Shown here: one piece after another, positions 13,673-25,360 of the stretch
How positions within the stretch are numbered: the first letter of the stretch is position 1
How the letters are laid out: each line of letters begins with the position of its first letter
NCBI GenBank assembly: GCA_002189035.1
Contig: NEEC01000008.1
Location: 3,348,001 to 3,412,000 of the forward strand
Reading direction: 5' to 3'
DNA length: 64,000 nucleotides
Source: Utricularia gibba
Lineage: Eukaryota; Plantae; Magnoliophyta
Made by a program: the position numbers and the translations under genes
Notes under the pieces: model-generated
The model's database searches: none
What the model was told of the DNA's origin: nothing
Seen by the model: only the letters and a program-made list of their open reading frames with translations

Positions 13673-15249
13673 CTACGAGGATTCATAATTGAAAGTTAAT
13701 TATTCAAAACGAACAATATTGTATAAAATTTAAAATTAAAATATATATTTTTTATTTTTTGACATGTAATTGAGGTGAAATATTGATAGTGGATTGATTA
13801 ATGAAATATTCATAATTTAATGTTCAAAACGAATAATATCATCTAAATTTCAAAATTACATCTATTTAAGTATATTATGTGTGTTCATCCGTTTAAAAAT
13901 CCAATGCGTTTCAGGTGAATGATCAATTTATTTTGTTTGTTAACTTATGTGGTGGAGTAGAAAAATTATCTAACTATCTCCGATTAATTATGAATTATAC
14001 AGTTCAAATGGGTGCATACTATTTAGTGGTGGGTGTGAGGTTTGGGGTAGTGTTAGAGAACATGCGACCAAGGTACTCTGTAAGAATGCTGAATTACGTG
14101 TAATAATGGTGAATTGGTTTCCTTCTCTTCCTCCCTGTCTCTCTCTTCCTGACGAGGTGGGGGCGGTTGAATATGAGTAGTTAAAAGGCACAGCCTGGGG
14201 GGTGGGACATGTGCCTCTAAAAGGAGCACAGGATTTAATGATGCCTGCCTGCGTGGCGGAGGTGGAAGCCATGGGACAACCAGAAAATGAGGTAACTTTG
14301 GAAATTACCTAAAAATGTAGCATCTTGGGTGCCAAGACAACCAGAAATCGGAAACTGTGCTACAGAGCTGGTTACTGGTTGGTCACCGACGATAAGTCAG
14401 CGCCTAGAACTGTGTGCTCCCGAATATCTCCCAAGTCCCGGGCCCAGTTTGGCAATTCGGAGTGTTTGTGGGAACAGTGTCCAGGGGGGCAGGGGCTATG
14501 ATTGCAATGGAGTGTTGCTGTTGGTTTCCGTCATCGTCTTGTTGTTTTCTTTTCTTTTCTGAGTATTCAATTGAGGAGCACTGCACCTACCATCTCCCAT
14601 TCCCTGATCATCTTTATCGCGTTTCATTGAGTGGGCTTGGTTACGTGCTCCCCACTCTCTTTTTGTCGGTTTGGATTTGTATGGTTTTCTACTGCACCAA
14701 TAATGTCTTTCCTATGTTTCGTGTATCCTCGTCTCAGCTCCCACTAAAAATTCATGACCCTTTTGTGTTCTTGTTGGTGTTTGCCAGAAAAGTGAGGTTT
14801 ATGTGCAAATCTGTGTAGTGGATTCGTGAGATTGTTGCTGAAAACTTTTGGGTTGTGCACTGGAAGTCTGCTTAGCTTTTTGGTGGATGCTTTTCAAGAG
14901 ATAAGGGCAGGACATCTCTCTTTTGGAGGATTATCTGTACAGTGACTTGATTTAGAAGGCGTGAGAGAAAGCGAAAGTGACTGATTCGTCGCCATAGAGA
15001 ATCTGGGTTGCTTGAGGTTACTCCTCATTCTTCATGGATTTATGAAGAACACATCCTACATCTGAGATCAAGTTTCAAGCAACTGGCACATGGAGAAGAA
15101 ATTGTCTGGCAACGAAAGGATATATGTTTTTGGATTAACCCATACTCTGTGTTTGGCTTTGTTCAGAGTCTACCATGGATATCTGCAGATTTGATGGTAT
15201 GAAATCAGCTTGAAGCAGACATACTCTTCGCCCAAGTTATCTGGAAAAA

Positions 15250-17916
15250 ATGTCCATGAAACGCCCTCCAAGGCACAGAAGGGAGTATCCTGGTTGTGTG
15301 CCCAGTTTGTTGAACATATTCGACATTCGCCGTCGATCCACCACACGCCTGCTTCCTGATCGACGGCCTTCGATCAGGAGTACTGATGATAAGTTTCACC
15401 CACTGTCCATTTCCACAGGAGGGCGGCTGAGCAATGGAAGTGAAAATGGAACTGTTGCTGTAGATTTTGATTTTGAAGGCAAAGAGGTATGTATTCATGC
15501 TTAGGCTCTAGCCAACTTTGAACTCTTTCAGTATGTGCTTTGGGAATATCTCTGTTCATGTTACTTGTCTTTATCTCAGGATTCTGATGAAAAAGAGAAG
15601 TCAGTGTCTGAGAATGGTAAAATAAGTGTTAAGGAACTCATGGAAGTAGAGATGTTCAGTGAGGGAGGTATGGTGAACCTCCCCATAATTCTCAGATCAT
15701 TGCTGGTGAAATCACTCCAAAAGCATTTGATAACCTTGTCTATGAGACAATAGCTGAATATTTGGTTGGGATCAGTTCTGAAAGCTCTTTGGAGAATGAT
15801 TTTATCAAAGGTCTGGATACACTGTCTGCTCAGGCTGTCACAATAACAGATCAAAAGCTGGTAGCTGCGGTAAAAATGATTATGGAGCAGAAGGTGTTGT
15901 GTGCAAGGAATTATGAGGAGAGCCCTCTCCGTGAAGAGTTCATGGATGCAGTGAACATGTTGACAGAAAACTATAGTTTGTTTGTTGAACTGCTGCAGGA
16001 ACTGAACTCTTTCCGGCTTAAACAAGCTCTTCCTTGCCTGCCGGCTTCTGAAATGCCTCATGGAGAACCCGGAGCCTCAGCAACTGATGGATATAGTAAA
16101 CAAAGCAGATCTTTGGAGAGCTTCCTTCAAGGGGGAAGTGAGGACTCCCAATCTTCTCTCGCTATCTGGGAGGCTAGTTCATTGGTGAAACAGAGCTTGA
16201 AAGCTGATGTTTCAGTGAGTGGTGCTTCCTTACTGTCTTTCTATTTGCATAGTAAAGCGAAAGATGAGAGATCCCCATCCTTTCGGTTCTCGTTTACTGA
16301 AATAAAAAGAAAGCTATGGCATGCACTGGGAAAGGACAAAACGATGATCCCCCCTGAGAGTTCTGACCAAAACAGGAAAAATAGTGGAAAACGCAGAAAC
16401 CTTGGATGGAGTTCTCCTAACAGGAGACATTTCTATAGTGAAAGATTTATCTTATCTGCGAAAAAGACTAGAGAACGGAATCTAGACTTCAAAGAGAATG
16501 AGAGTGACACCTCAAGATGTCAAAGATCTGGAGAGTTTAACATATACATTGAGGCTAAGCAGCATATCTATGAGATGCTGAAAGATGTAGATGAAGACTC
16601 GGAGCCAGTGATTAAGCAGTTGCCCAAGTCCTTGGGCATGATACTTGCTGCTCCTGATCCATCTGTTGGTGAAGGCTTGGAAACAATGCGGCCATCTGCA
16701 ACACAGGGTGATGATCGCGATGTCGATGTAAAGTTTAGTGAAAGGCATTTTGCAGCTCTGCCATATGGGGACAACAGAATGCTGCCTGCTCAAGGTAAAA
16801 AGTATTAAGAAATCTAAAATGTTGGAAGGAAAAAGTTCAAAAGCATATGAAAATTTGTCTTTATAGTTGTAGAGATCGGGGATACACCTGAGTCAAGGCG
16901 TGAAGAAGTGGGAGAAGCGACCTGCGAGTCATACACCAGCTCAACGGATGGAGATTTTCAGCATGTGGGCTCTGGAGAAGCGACATGTGAAGATGCTTTT
17001 CATCAGACATGCCTGAAATCAGTAAGATTTAAGTGCTTGATTCCTGTGAGAGTACATTAAACTTACCGGCTCATTACTGGCAGGATCCTATTGAGGAAGA
17101 TCAAATGCTTTCCTCACCACAAGCGTCAACTTCACATTCCCCTGCTACAAGCGAAGCAGAAGGTTGCAAACTGGCGCAGCCTAGCCCGGTTTCTGTTCTT
17201 GAGTCCTTATTCATGGACGAAGCTTGCAGTCCTGCTAGCGCTGCATCTGAGCCAGGTTACACAGGCCATCCAACAGTACTTCATAGGAAGATAGTAACTT
17301 TACCCTGTTTCATTTTTTTATTTTTCATGCAGAAAGGGAAGTGGAACCTCACCATTTAAATTATGGAGAGCAATCTCCAGCCTGTGGTCAAGGGATCTGT
17401 AGGAGAATCTCCATGGAAACTGAGGAATCCCCATTTGAATACGTGGAGGCTGTGTTGTTGGGATCAGGTTTGGACTGGGAAGACTTCCATTCGAGGTGGC
17501 TGTCTTCAAATGAAATTCTCGACACATTGCTATTCGAAGAAGTGGAGCTATTCTCCAACAGAAGCCACGATGACCAACGCCTCCTCTTCGACAGTGCTAA
17601 CGAAGCTTTAATGGGTGTGTGTGATATCTACTTTGGCAAGGAAAGCGTCCAGCCAATCCCAGATTCCATGGATCTTATTGACCGGGTATGGAGGTGGATT
17701 GAGTGGCATCACTTTCTTCACACACAAGCCAATTCTATGGAGCAGCTCGTCCGAATGGACTTGGCAAGAACTGGGAAATGGCTGAAGCTTCAACGAGACA
17801 TCGAGATTATTGGCCTCGAGATAGCGGTAACCATATTGGATGAAGTAGTAGAAGAAGATACCATAGTCATCTTTCAAGAGGCTTTTGTCCAGAAAACGAA
17901 CCAGGGGTGCCTTTAA
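15250..17916 (+). CDS. TON1-recruiting motif (TRM)/LONGIFOLIA-family protein, DUF3741 + DUF4378
   Basis: N-terminal motif YPGCVPSLLNIFDIRRRSTTRLLPDRR, SVKELMEVEM, QLPKSLGMILAAP, M2-type QPSPVSVLESLF, and C-terminal DUF4378 FEYVEAVLLGSGLDW...LLFDSANEAL...EIIGLEIAVTILDEVVEE. The junction near 15663-15753 needs either an 86-nt intron or a 1-nt frameshift. Confidence 0.85.
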
Positions 17917-18358
17917 CTACCTTAGATGATGCCTGTATCAGTGCTTGGAACTTGGAAGTGACTCATCTTCGGCAAAGTAGAGGGGTGCGTTGTTGACCCA
18001 ACTAATTGTAAATCAGTTGGAAAGTGAAGGCAACTGCATCAACCCGGGTTGGGTTATTTTGCCATGGAGGCTGTGTATGAAGCTCAGAACCAACTGCAGG
18101 CCCCTGTCACCTCTCTGCTGCTGCTGATGCCCACTGTGCAGTATTGTCCTTTCCATGTAATGTTTCATAATTCTTTCTTTCTTTTCTTTTCTTCGGGGTT
18201 CCGGATGGAATATAAGGATATGAACCTTTGAGAGTAGATGTAGAAACTTGCTTGGAACGCCCCCCTACACCGGAAATGTCTTCTGCCGATATCCCAAGGA
18301 TTGTCAGTTTCCGCTAATCTAGTTTTTTATAAAATAAAGCTAATACTTAATCACACAA

Positions 18359-18430
18359 GGGTCCATAGCTCAGTGGTAGAGCAATTGACTGCAGATCAAT
18401 AGGTCACCGGTTCGAACCCGGTTGGGCCCT
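18359..18430 (+). tRNA. trnC-GCA: tRNA-Cys (GCA)
   Basis: GGGTCCATAGCTCAGTGGTAGAGCAATTGACTGCAGATCAATAGGTCACCGGTTCGAACCCGGTTGGGCCCT, 72 nt. It has box A and box B, an anticodon stem ATTGA/TCAAT with loop CT-GCA-GA, and an upstream CAA motif. Confidence 0.97.
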
Positions 18431-18444
18431 GTTACTATCTACTC

Positions 18445-18454
18445 TTTTTTTTTT
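18445..18454 (+). terminator. RNA polymerase III oligo-T terminator of tRNA-Cys
   Basis: T10 run 14 nt after the tRNA 3' end. Confidence 0.8.
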
Positions 18455-18772
18455 CTGTTACACGAACCAGTGTTCTACACTCGGTCGCTATGATCATCTG
18501 GATACGCCCTCCTGCAATTTGAGCAAGCCGCGATATGAAGCGTGGCTGAACAGAAAGACCTCTCAAATTTGTCTATTTTACAAGAAGAGTTTCGTGAAAA
18601 AGTAAAATTTGTCTACGAATGTAGTTGTTTGATATTGAAATTCGAAGAAGCTTTTCCATGGCGTACTCATCCATACCTGGCACTCGGTGAAGACAAAAAA
18701 CAACAGGCAGACATTCCCAAATCCCGACAACTCTGTGTCTGAAGGGTCCCGAACTTCACAGTTCACACCAAA

Positions 18773-19974
18773 CTAAGAGATCGTCGTACTTGCGAGTTCG
18801 ACCTGAGCCGCAGCTTCACTGATTGCATCGACGACGCCAGGTTTCGTGCTGCTCACCGCCTCATCCACAGGGGTTCTCTCATGGCTAACCATGGTTTGAC
18901 AAACAGTGATGCCACTGAAAATGGAATCATTAGCTGAATGAACAAAGAGGGCACTTGCCTGTTAAGTGATGAGATGTTAGCTCCAGCAAGGATCAAGCAT
19001 TTGACCACCTGAAAAGACGGAGCTTTTGACAGCTGAAGTAACGAAACATATAGAGGCACTCTGTGTAGAAACAACGAGAACCTCAATGTGCCCGTTTAGG
19101 GAGGCCCAATGAAGAGGGGTGTTTTTCTCCAGATTAGAAGCATTCACATCCTGTTTGAGGCTCATTATGTTTAGTCCACCATAACAACAAAGTTCATCCA
19201 TCGACCTATTAACCATGTAGATGAACACATGTACTTGATGGAAATGAAAACCCATGAATTAAAGTGAATTTAGCTCAGACGTTAATGCAAGACAAACAAC
19301 TCTCAACAAATTTTATTGAAGTAAATGCGAGGGTCTCATCAGGTTTTAGGAGAGCTGAAAATAATACTTTTCAGTCCAAAATTCCAAATAGAAGGAAGAC
19401 AGCATGCTTAATGGGAACTCAGCATAAAAGAATAAAGAGAAAGAAGAGGAGCACTCTTTATATAAAAATAACGTAAGCATCATGGGTATCAATCAGCGAG
19501 AGAGTAAGAGTATTCGCTGTAACAACAAAGTTTCTTACCGCTTTATTCTCAACAAGATATTCAACTACACTGAGATGCCCATTTGCTGAAGCCATGTGCA
19601 GTGCTGTAAAAACCGTCAACCATGCCCTCTAACCACGGATTTACATGAAAAGGCAAGCGCAGAAACGAAATGATTCATTGCACAAAACCTGTACGGCCTA
19701 GAGAGTCCTTTGAATCCAAAGAAACGCCCGTCGCAGCAATGGCGATCACATCTTCAATATCACCGTAGCGAGCAGACTGCGCAACAAGAAGCCGACAAAA
19801 GAAAATCACTAAACCGCAGTGCCGCTACACAAATAACATAAAACCATATGGATACTTCAGGCGTTAGCTTTCTAATTAGCGAATCAGATCACCACTCACC
19901 TCGAGCAATTCCTCCACAGCATCCGACGTCGCGTCTGGAAGCCCCTGGGCATCTCCGACTTCCTCAATCCCCAT
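18773..19974 (-). CDS. Small ankyrin-repeat protein (Yar1-like), 6 exons
   Basis: Spliced translation: MGIEEVGDAQGLPDATSDAVEELLE/SARYGDIEDVIAIAATGVSLDSKDSLGRT/ALHMASANGHLSVVEYLVENKA/DVNASNLEKNTPLHWASLNGHIE/VVKCLILAGANISSLNR/HERTPVDEAV...LASTTIS*. Canonical ANK TPLH motifs are present. Confidence 0.9.
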
Positions 19975-20048
19975 CCTTGATTCTCACTTCCCACAACCGC
20001 CCGCGCGCAAAAGAGCGAATTTGGACCCATATATTTATACCGCATTCA

Positions 20049-20078
20049 GGCCCATACTAAAGCCCAATACATTGGGCT
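20049..20078 (-). promoter_or_regulatory. Site II cluster in the 219-bp spacer upstream of the ankyrin gene
   Basis: GGCCCA 20049-54, AGCCCA 20061-66 and TGGGCT 20073-78. Confidence 0.5.
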
Positions 20079-20193
20079 CGCGCGGCGCGAATAGGAAGAA
20101 ATTCCTTTCTTACTTAATTTATTATTTTATATTATAAATAATATCCGTACATAACTGTGACTCCAGAACCATCAGACCAGGACTGATACTCGT

Positions 20194-21610
20194 CTAGAAC
20201 GAGGACTGATGCTTCCGATCAAAGAAGACGCCCGAGGGGCCGCCGTCGGGGAGAAGCGCCAGCCTCACGGGGCTCTCGGCGCCTTCTTTGGGAGTCAAGG
20301 GGCCGGAATGGTTGCTGAGATCGGTGTCGACCCACCCGGGGCACACGCTGTTGATCAGAATCCCGGGGTGCTTCCTGGAAAGGAGCCTGGTGTATGCATT
20401 CACCGCCGCTTTCGACACGCAGTACGCGCCCCAGTAGGTCGGCCAGCCCTTCGATTGCAGGGCCCCCTCCTTGAAGTCCTTCAGGAACTCGCTGATCACT
20501 TGATCGATCCTCTCCTCGCTGAGGTTTGCAGCGTCCTCGAGTATCCCTCGGCCCAGCTTGTTCTGAACACCCTGAAGGGGCGAAGAACAGCAGCAGATTG
20601 AAACTTACTTCAAGGATTTAGATACCTGAAGAGAAAGTTTATTTGAGTACCGATAGTCGTCCCATTGTGGAAGACACATGGACAATCCTTGGAGAATCAG
20701 AGAGCTCAAGCAAGGGAAGGAGTTTCCTAGTGGTGTTCCTGAGACCGTAGTAGTTTATTTGAAAGCACTCTACAGCTAAGTCATATGCTGTCTTTTTGGG
20801 CTGCGATGCGCTATGCTGCAGCAACAAAAGCTGAATTCATTCAGTGGAAGATATAAGCACAGGGGAAGATGAAAAATGGTGTATAGAACGCACCGCGCCT
20901 TCACTTGTACCACTAAACCCTGCGTTGTTCACCTGCAATTCAGAAGCATTGAAGATTGTTACCAGAATAGTAGAATGAAATACGATGAAATCCATCTATT
21001 TAAGCAAGAATCCAACCACTGTCAGTCCTAGCAAAACCCCATGAAGCAAGATACCTAAAAGCTGGTAACTTTTAACAAGAAAATCGGAATGAAGTAACAC
21101 TAGTTCATGGGTATAAGTTACAGGCAGTCATATAGCGTAACTGGGAATTCCGGAGAAGTCCCAAGCTAAAAAAAGGTGAAATGAACTTGAAAATCAGGAC
21201 ATAAAGCATATGAAACAGAAAACTGTATACCAAGATATCAAGCTTCCCAATATGGGATTTGATGAAGCCTGCGAGATCATCGATGCTCCTCGAATCCGTG
21301 ACATCGAGCTGATGAAACGTCACATGATCGGAAAGCCCAGACCTTTTCAGCTTCTCCACCGCCTCGAGCCCCCTCTGCTCATTTCTCGCCGTCAGAACCA
21401 CAGAAACTCCATGAGAAGCAAGCTGTTTGCATATCTCGAATCCAATCCCCTTGTTTGCCCCCGTAACAACTGCAAACCTTCATCAATTTTCGATGGCCCA
21501 GAAACAGATTAATACCGAAATCGAAAAAGAAGCAAGAAATTAAGCCAATGATAGTTTCAATATGCTTACTTTTTGTTAGACTGAGCGTTGGCTGCGCACA
21601 TTCCAGCCAT
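20194..21610 (-). CDS. Short-chain dehydrogenase/reductase, (+)-neomenthol dehydrogenase / SDR1-like, copy A (intact; alternative in-frame ATG at 21638)
   Basis: TGANKGIG cofactor motif, LTARNE, LDVTD, GKLDILVNNAG, INYYG, catalytic VSS and YCVSK, and [14 protein letters not shown]...GPSGVFF. Five exons with GT-AG boundaries. Confidence 0.92.
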
Positions 21611-21912
21611 AGACCTTGTAGCTGCAGCGTTCTTCATTTTTCTCAGTCTAAACCTAAACATTAAAAGAAGGGTCAGAAAAGTTTCCGTCTTGCAGTTGCC
21701 TCCCCAAGTTTTTGATTTGTTTATGTAATCCGGAGTCTAGAAGTTACGCCATGAATCTGATTCCTTATCAGAAGTCGTCCCTTACTTTCACTGCATTCAC
21801 ATTTGAACTGTGCTGTGAATAATCATTCCATTTGAAATATCAAATATGCAATAAGACTTGACTTCCAAAGCATTACACAGAACAATGGAATCGTCTCCAC
21901 CACCAATCATCT

Positions 21913-23355
21913 CTAGAAAGAGCTCACTTCCTTCTTATAGAAGAACACACCTGATGGCCCGTCATCCAGCAACAACGCCGCCATCACTGGAGTTTCAGAT
22001 CCTTCTTCGACACTAAGTATGCCATTGTTATAGTTGAGATCGGTTTTGACGTACCCCGGACACGCTGAATTCACACGGAACTTGGGGAGTTTCTTGGCCA
22101 GAATCCTTGTGTAGGCATTCAAGGCAGCTTTGGAGAGAGTATATGCTCGAGGCCAGCCATTCGGTTGTAAAGATCCTTCCTTCAAATGGCTGAGGAACTT
22201 GTCTAGTAATTGATCAATCCTGTCTTCTGTAAGATTCTCCTCATCCATGAGAATCCCTTTTGCCCATTCATTCCGAATGTTCTGAGGCATAAATCACCAC
22301 AAAAGCAATCAGTGTTTCATCTCTGAAGGAATGCATACAAACATGTAAAGAAAGATGAAAAGCTATAGTGAGTATGCAGAAAGCTAGCCTTCCTTTAATC
22401 AGTTCAGAATTGCTTGGAATCTACTACTGATGAAAGTAGCACTGCCATTGCTCATTACCTGAAGTTTTCCCAGAGATGAGGAAACGTTCACAATTTTTGG
22501 TGAATCAGAGAGCTCTAAAAGGGGAATTAGCCCTTCAGCTGTTGCTTTGGCACCGTAGTAATTCGTGTTAAGGCACTCTAATGCTGAATCATAAGTTTGA
22601 ATTAAGTCACTCCAACTCTGCCTGTCTCCCCCCTTTCCACACAACAGTGAAATAACTCAGCGACATATGAATAAAATCGGAACTTTCAATGCCACTCTGC
22701 TCCAACAACAAACCACTACGCCATAAAAATGAAGGCTCTAGTCATTTAACCCAGAAACAACACTTCTTAAATCCCACTAGCCACCGAACCAAAAAAATCG
22801 AAAAACCATAGATCAAAGAACATGCCAAACTGGATGAATTCAAAGGGCAAAATAACAGAGCAACTCCAAAAGCTAACTTACTTCCTTAGCTAGCCTCTCA
22901 GCATCAACAACGACTCCTGTTATCCCTGCGTTATTCACCTGATTCATGAACAACAGAGTTGCAAATCAATTGAAATCCCACCGGTCACCAAACCAACAAA
23001 ACGGAAAAAAGTACCAAAATATCAAGTTTCCCAAAATGGGTCTTCACGAATTCAGTCAGAGAAGCAACACTTCGTTAATCAGTAACATCAAGCCTATGAA
23101 ACACGGCAGAATTTGAATGAGTTGAGCCCCTGATCTTCTCAAGTGCGTCGAAGCCTCTGCTCTCGTCTCTTGAAGTCAATATAACCGTGATTCCCCTGGA
23201 CGCCAATTGCCTGCATATCTCCAGCCCTATTCCTTTGTTTGCGCCGGTAACCAAAGCGACTCTGCCGAGACAGATACATAAAATTTACACCATCTCCCTG
23301 AAAAGAGATAAATTTGGGATAAATAAGAGTGCTACTTGTTTGCTGTTTCAGCCAT
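21913..23355 (-). pseudogene. SDR copy B with premature in-frame stop in exon 2
   Basis: Exon 2 reads TGANKGIG...[29 protein letters not shown], with the TAA at plus-strand 23075-23077 and the frame intact on both sides. The remaining exons ([26 protein letters not shown]) are intact. Confidence 0.85.
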
Positions 23356-23575
23356 TGAGGAACAAGAAGAAGCTCAATCTACAAAGGCGACAGTGGCAAT
23401 CTTTTCGTTTCCAAAAGTTACACAAAGTTATTTTCTCAAAAGTTCGGCCGCCGCCAACCACATGTTACAAACAATTGTACAACATTTGTTATTGCAACAG
23501 TACATATATCATAGTACACTACAACATAGCAAGAGAACACTGTGGGAGAAATGCCCTGCCCTGCATATAGCCAAT

Positions 23576-25032
23576 TCAATCCAGGAATGAGCTCACTTCC
23601 CTTTTCACAAAGAACAAACCAGATGGTCCATCATCAGGCAACAGTGCAAGGCGCACTGGAATTTCCGCTCCCTCTTCAACACTCAGTGTGCCGGTGTTCC
23701 AATTTATATCGGTTTTAACGTAGCCTGGGCACACACAGTTCACCCGGAATGCTGGGTACTTTCTAGCTAGAATCCTCGTATACGCATTCATGCACACCTT
23801 TGACACAATGTAAGCACCAAATTTTTGAGGCCAGGCACTGGTTTCTCGGGAACCTTCTTTGAAGTCTTTGAGAAACTCATTTACCACTGAATCTACCTTG
23901 TCTTCTGTCAGATTTTCAGCATCATCGAGCACCGTTTTTGTCTCCTCACTTGGTATGTGCTGAAATGCGGATACATTAACAAGTACTTAAAAACATGCTA
24001 CTTAATTTTTATTATGCAATGTGGATACTATGTAAGTAATGATTCTTATATCTCAGTGCCTACAAGACATGAGTCGAAATCGAAATCGAAATCGAAATCG
24101 AAATTATTATTGGTAGAAGCGTGTGTTACCTTGAGCTTTCCCAATGATGAGGATACATTAACAATCCTTGGTGAATCAGAGAGCTGGAGAAGGGGGAGCA
24201 ATGCTTCCGTTGTTCTTTTGGTACCAAAATAGTTTGTCTCAATGCATTCTACTGCCAAGCCATAGTTTTCAGTCGCGACCTCAAACCAGTTGATTTTCCC
24301 TGGCGCCACCACCTTTTCCATCAACAACAACATAAGAATATCCAGATATCAATGCACACATTACAAGTCAGAGAGACTCAGTCTGTCTGGACTCGTGTAA
24401 AAATTTCACAAAATGGTTGATAAAGTAGGAGAGGCTACCTCATCGCCATCCCCAGGGTGTCGTAGGGCATCAGCATCAACAGCGACTCCACCAATCCCTG
24501 CATTGTTCACCTGCAGAACAACATAAGCCACCAAATGGATGCATCCTGATTGAAAATTTACTTGACAGGATAGAGAAAATCCAGCTAAAAAGAACTCCTT
24601 GAAGCAGAACCCAAAAAAATCATGATTACCGTCAATCAACCGAAGCGTAATTAAAATAAAATAAAACAAAACTTTCCACTGAATCAATACCAAGATATCG
24701 AGCTTCTTAAACTTGGACGCTACGAACTGAGCAAGGGAGGCAGCGTTAACAGAATCAGTAACATCGAGTTGATGAAAGAAAATCGAATCAGCAGGTGTAG
24801 AAGCCCTGAGCTTTTCAACTGCTTCTACGCCCCTCTTCTCGTTCCTAGCAGTTAAAACCACGATTACGCCCTCATTTGCTAATTGACGGCAAATCTCTAG
24901 CCCGATTCCCTTGTTTCCGCCGGTGACCACCGCAAGCCTGCACGGTATCCGTACTGTGTAAGAACAAAAAATAGACGTGGAAGAAGATGAACCAAGAGAG
25001 AAGTACAGGTACCTCTTCTTCGGCTCCGCCAT
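23576..25032 (-). CDS. SDR, (+)-neomenthol dehydrogenase-like, copy C (intact)
   Basis: [27 protein letters not shown]...KKLDIL/VNNAG.../...TNYFGTKR...[11 protein letters not shown]/...[13 protein letters not shown]...[15 protein letters not shown]...GPSGLFF. Confidence 0.92.
24074..24103 (+). repeat. (TCGAAA)5 hexamer tandem repeat in an intron of SDR copy C
   Basis: Read directly from the sequence. Confidence 0.9.
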
Positions 25033-25360
25033 GCGTGACCGGTGACCCTGATCACAATCACCCGCTCCTCCATTTATGACCGTTAGACAAAACGGATATT
25101 TCATACCATCCACAACTATGGCGGCCGACTATATTAATTATTAATCAATATAACTGTCAATATTCTCTTCAATTTAGTTATTATAATTTCTCATCTACTC
25201 CCTTAATTAAGGTCAATAGTCTTTAAATTTTTTACATAAATTTATTTTTTTATCATAAAAAATAAAAAATATTCGCTGATGTAATATTAAATTATATTAA
25301 AAATATAAAATCGTCAAGTTTAACGAAACTGATAACCATGTAAAAAGACTGAAGTGCCCT

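Noticed and set aside
18488-18552. Possible C/D-box snoRNA downstream of tRNA-Cys (ATGATCA ... ATGAAG ... CTGA), as in tRNA-snoRNA dicistrons
   Set aside because: The box C is imperfect, a T10 Pol III terminator lies between it and the tRNA, there is no convincing terminal stem, and the possible rRNA complement is only about 9 nt. The region is probably the ankyrin 3' UTR.
20209-20601. Antisense ORFs in the track (e.g. 20209-20601 +, 698-1141 +, 45591-45953 +, 50778-51200 -, 62118-62663 +)
   Set aside because: They are shadow frames of well-supported genes on the opposite strand and have no recognisable motifs.
24074-24103. Short tandem repeats as a CRISPR-like array
   Set aside because: These are simple microsatellites without spacers in a eukaryotic intron, and no cas genes are present.
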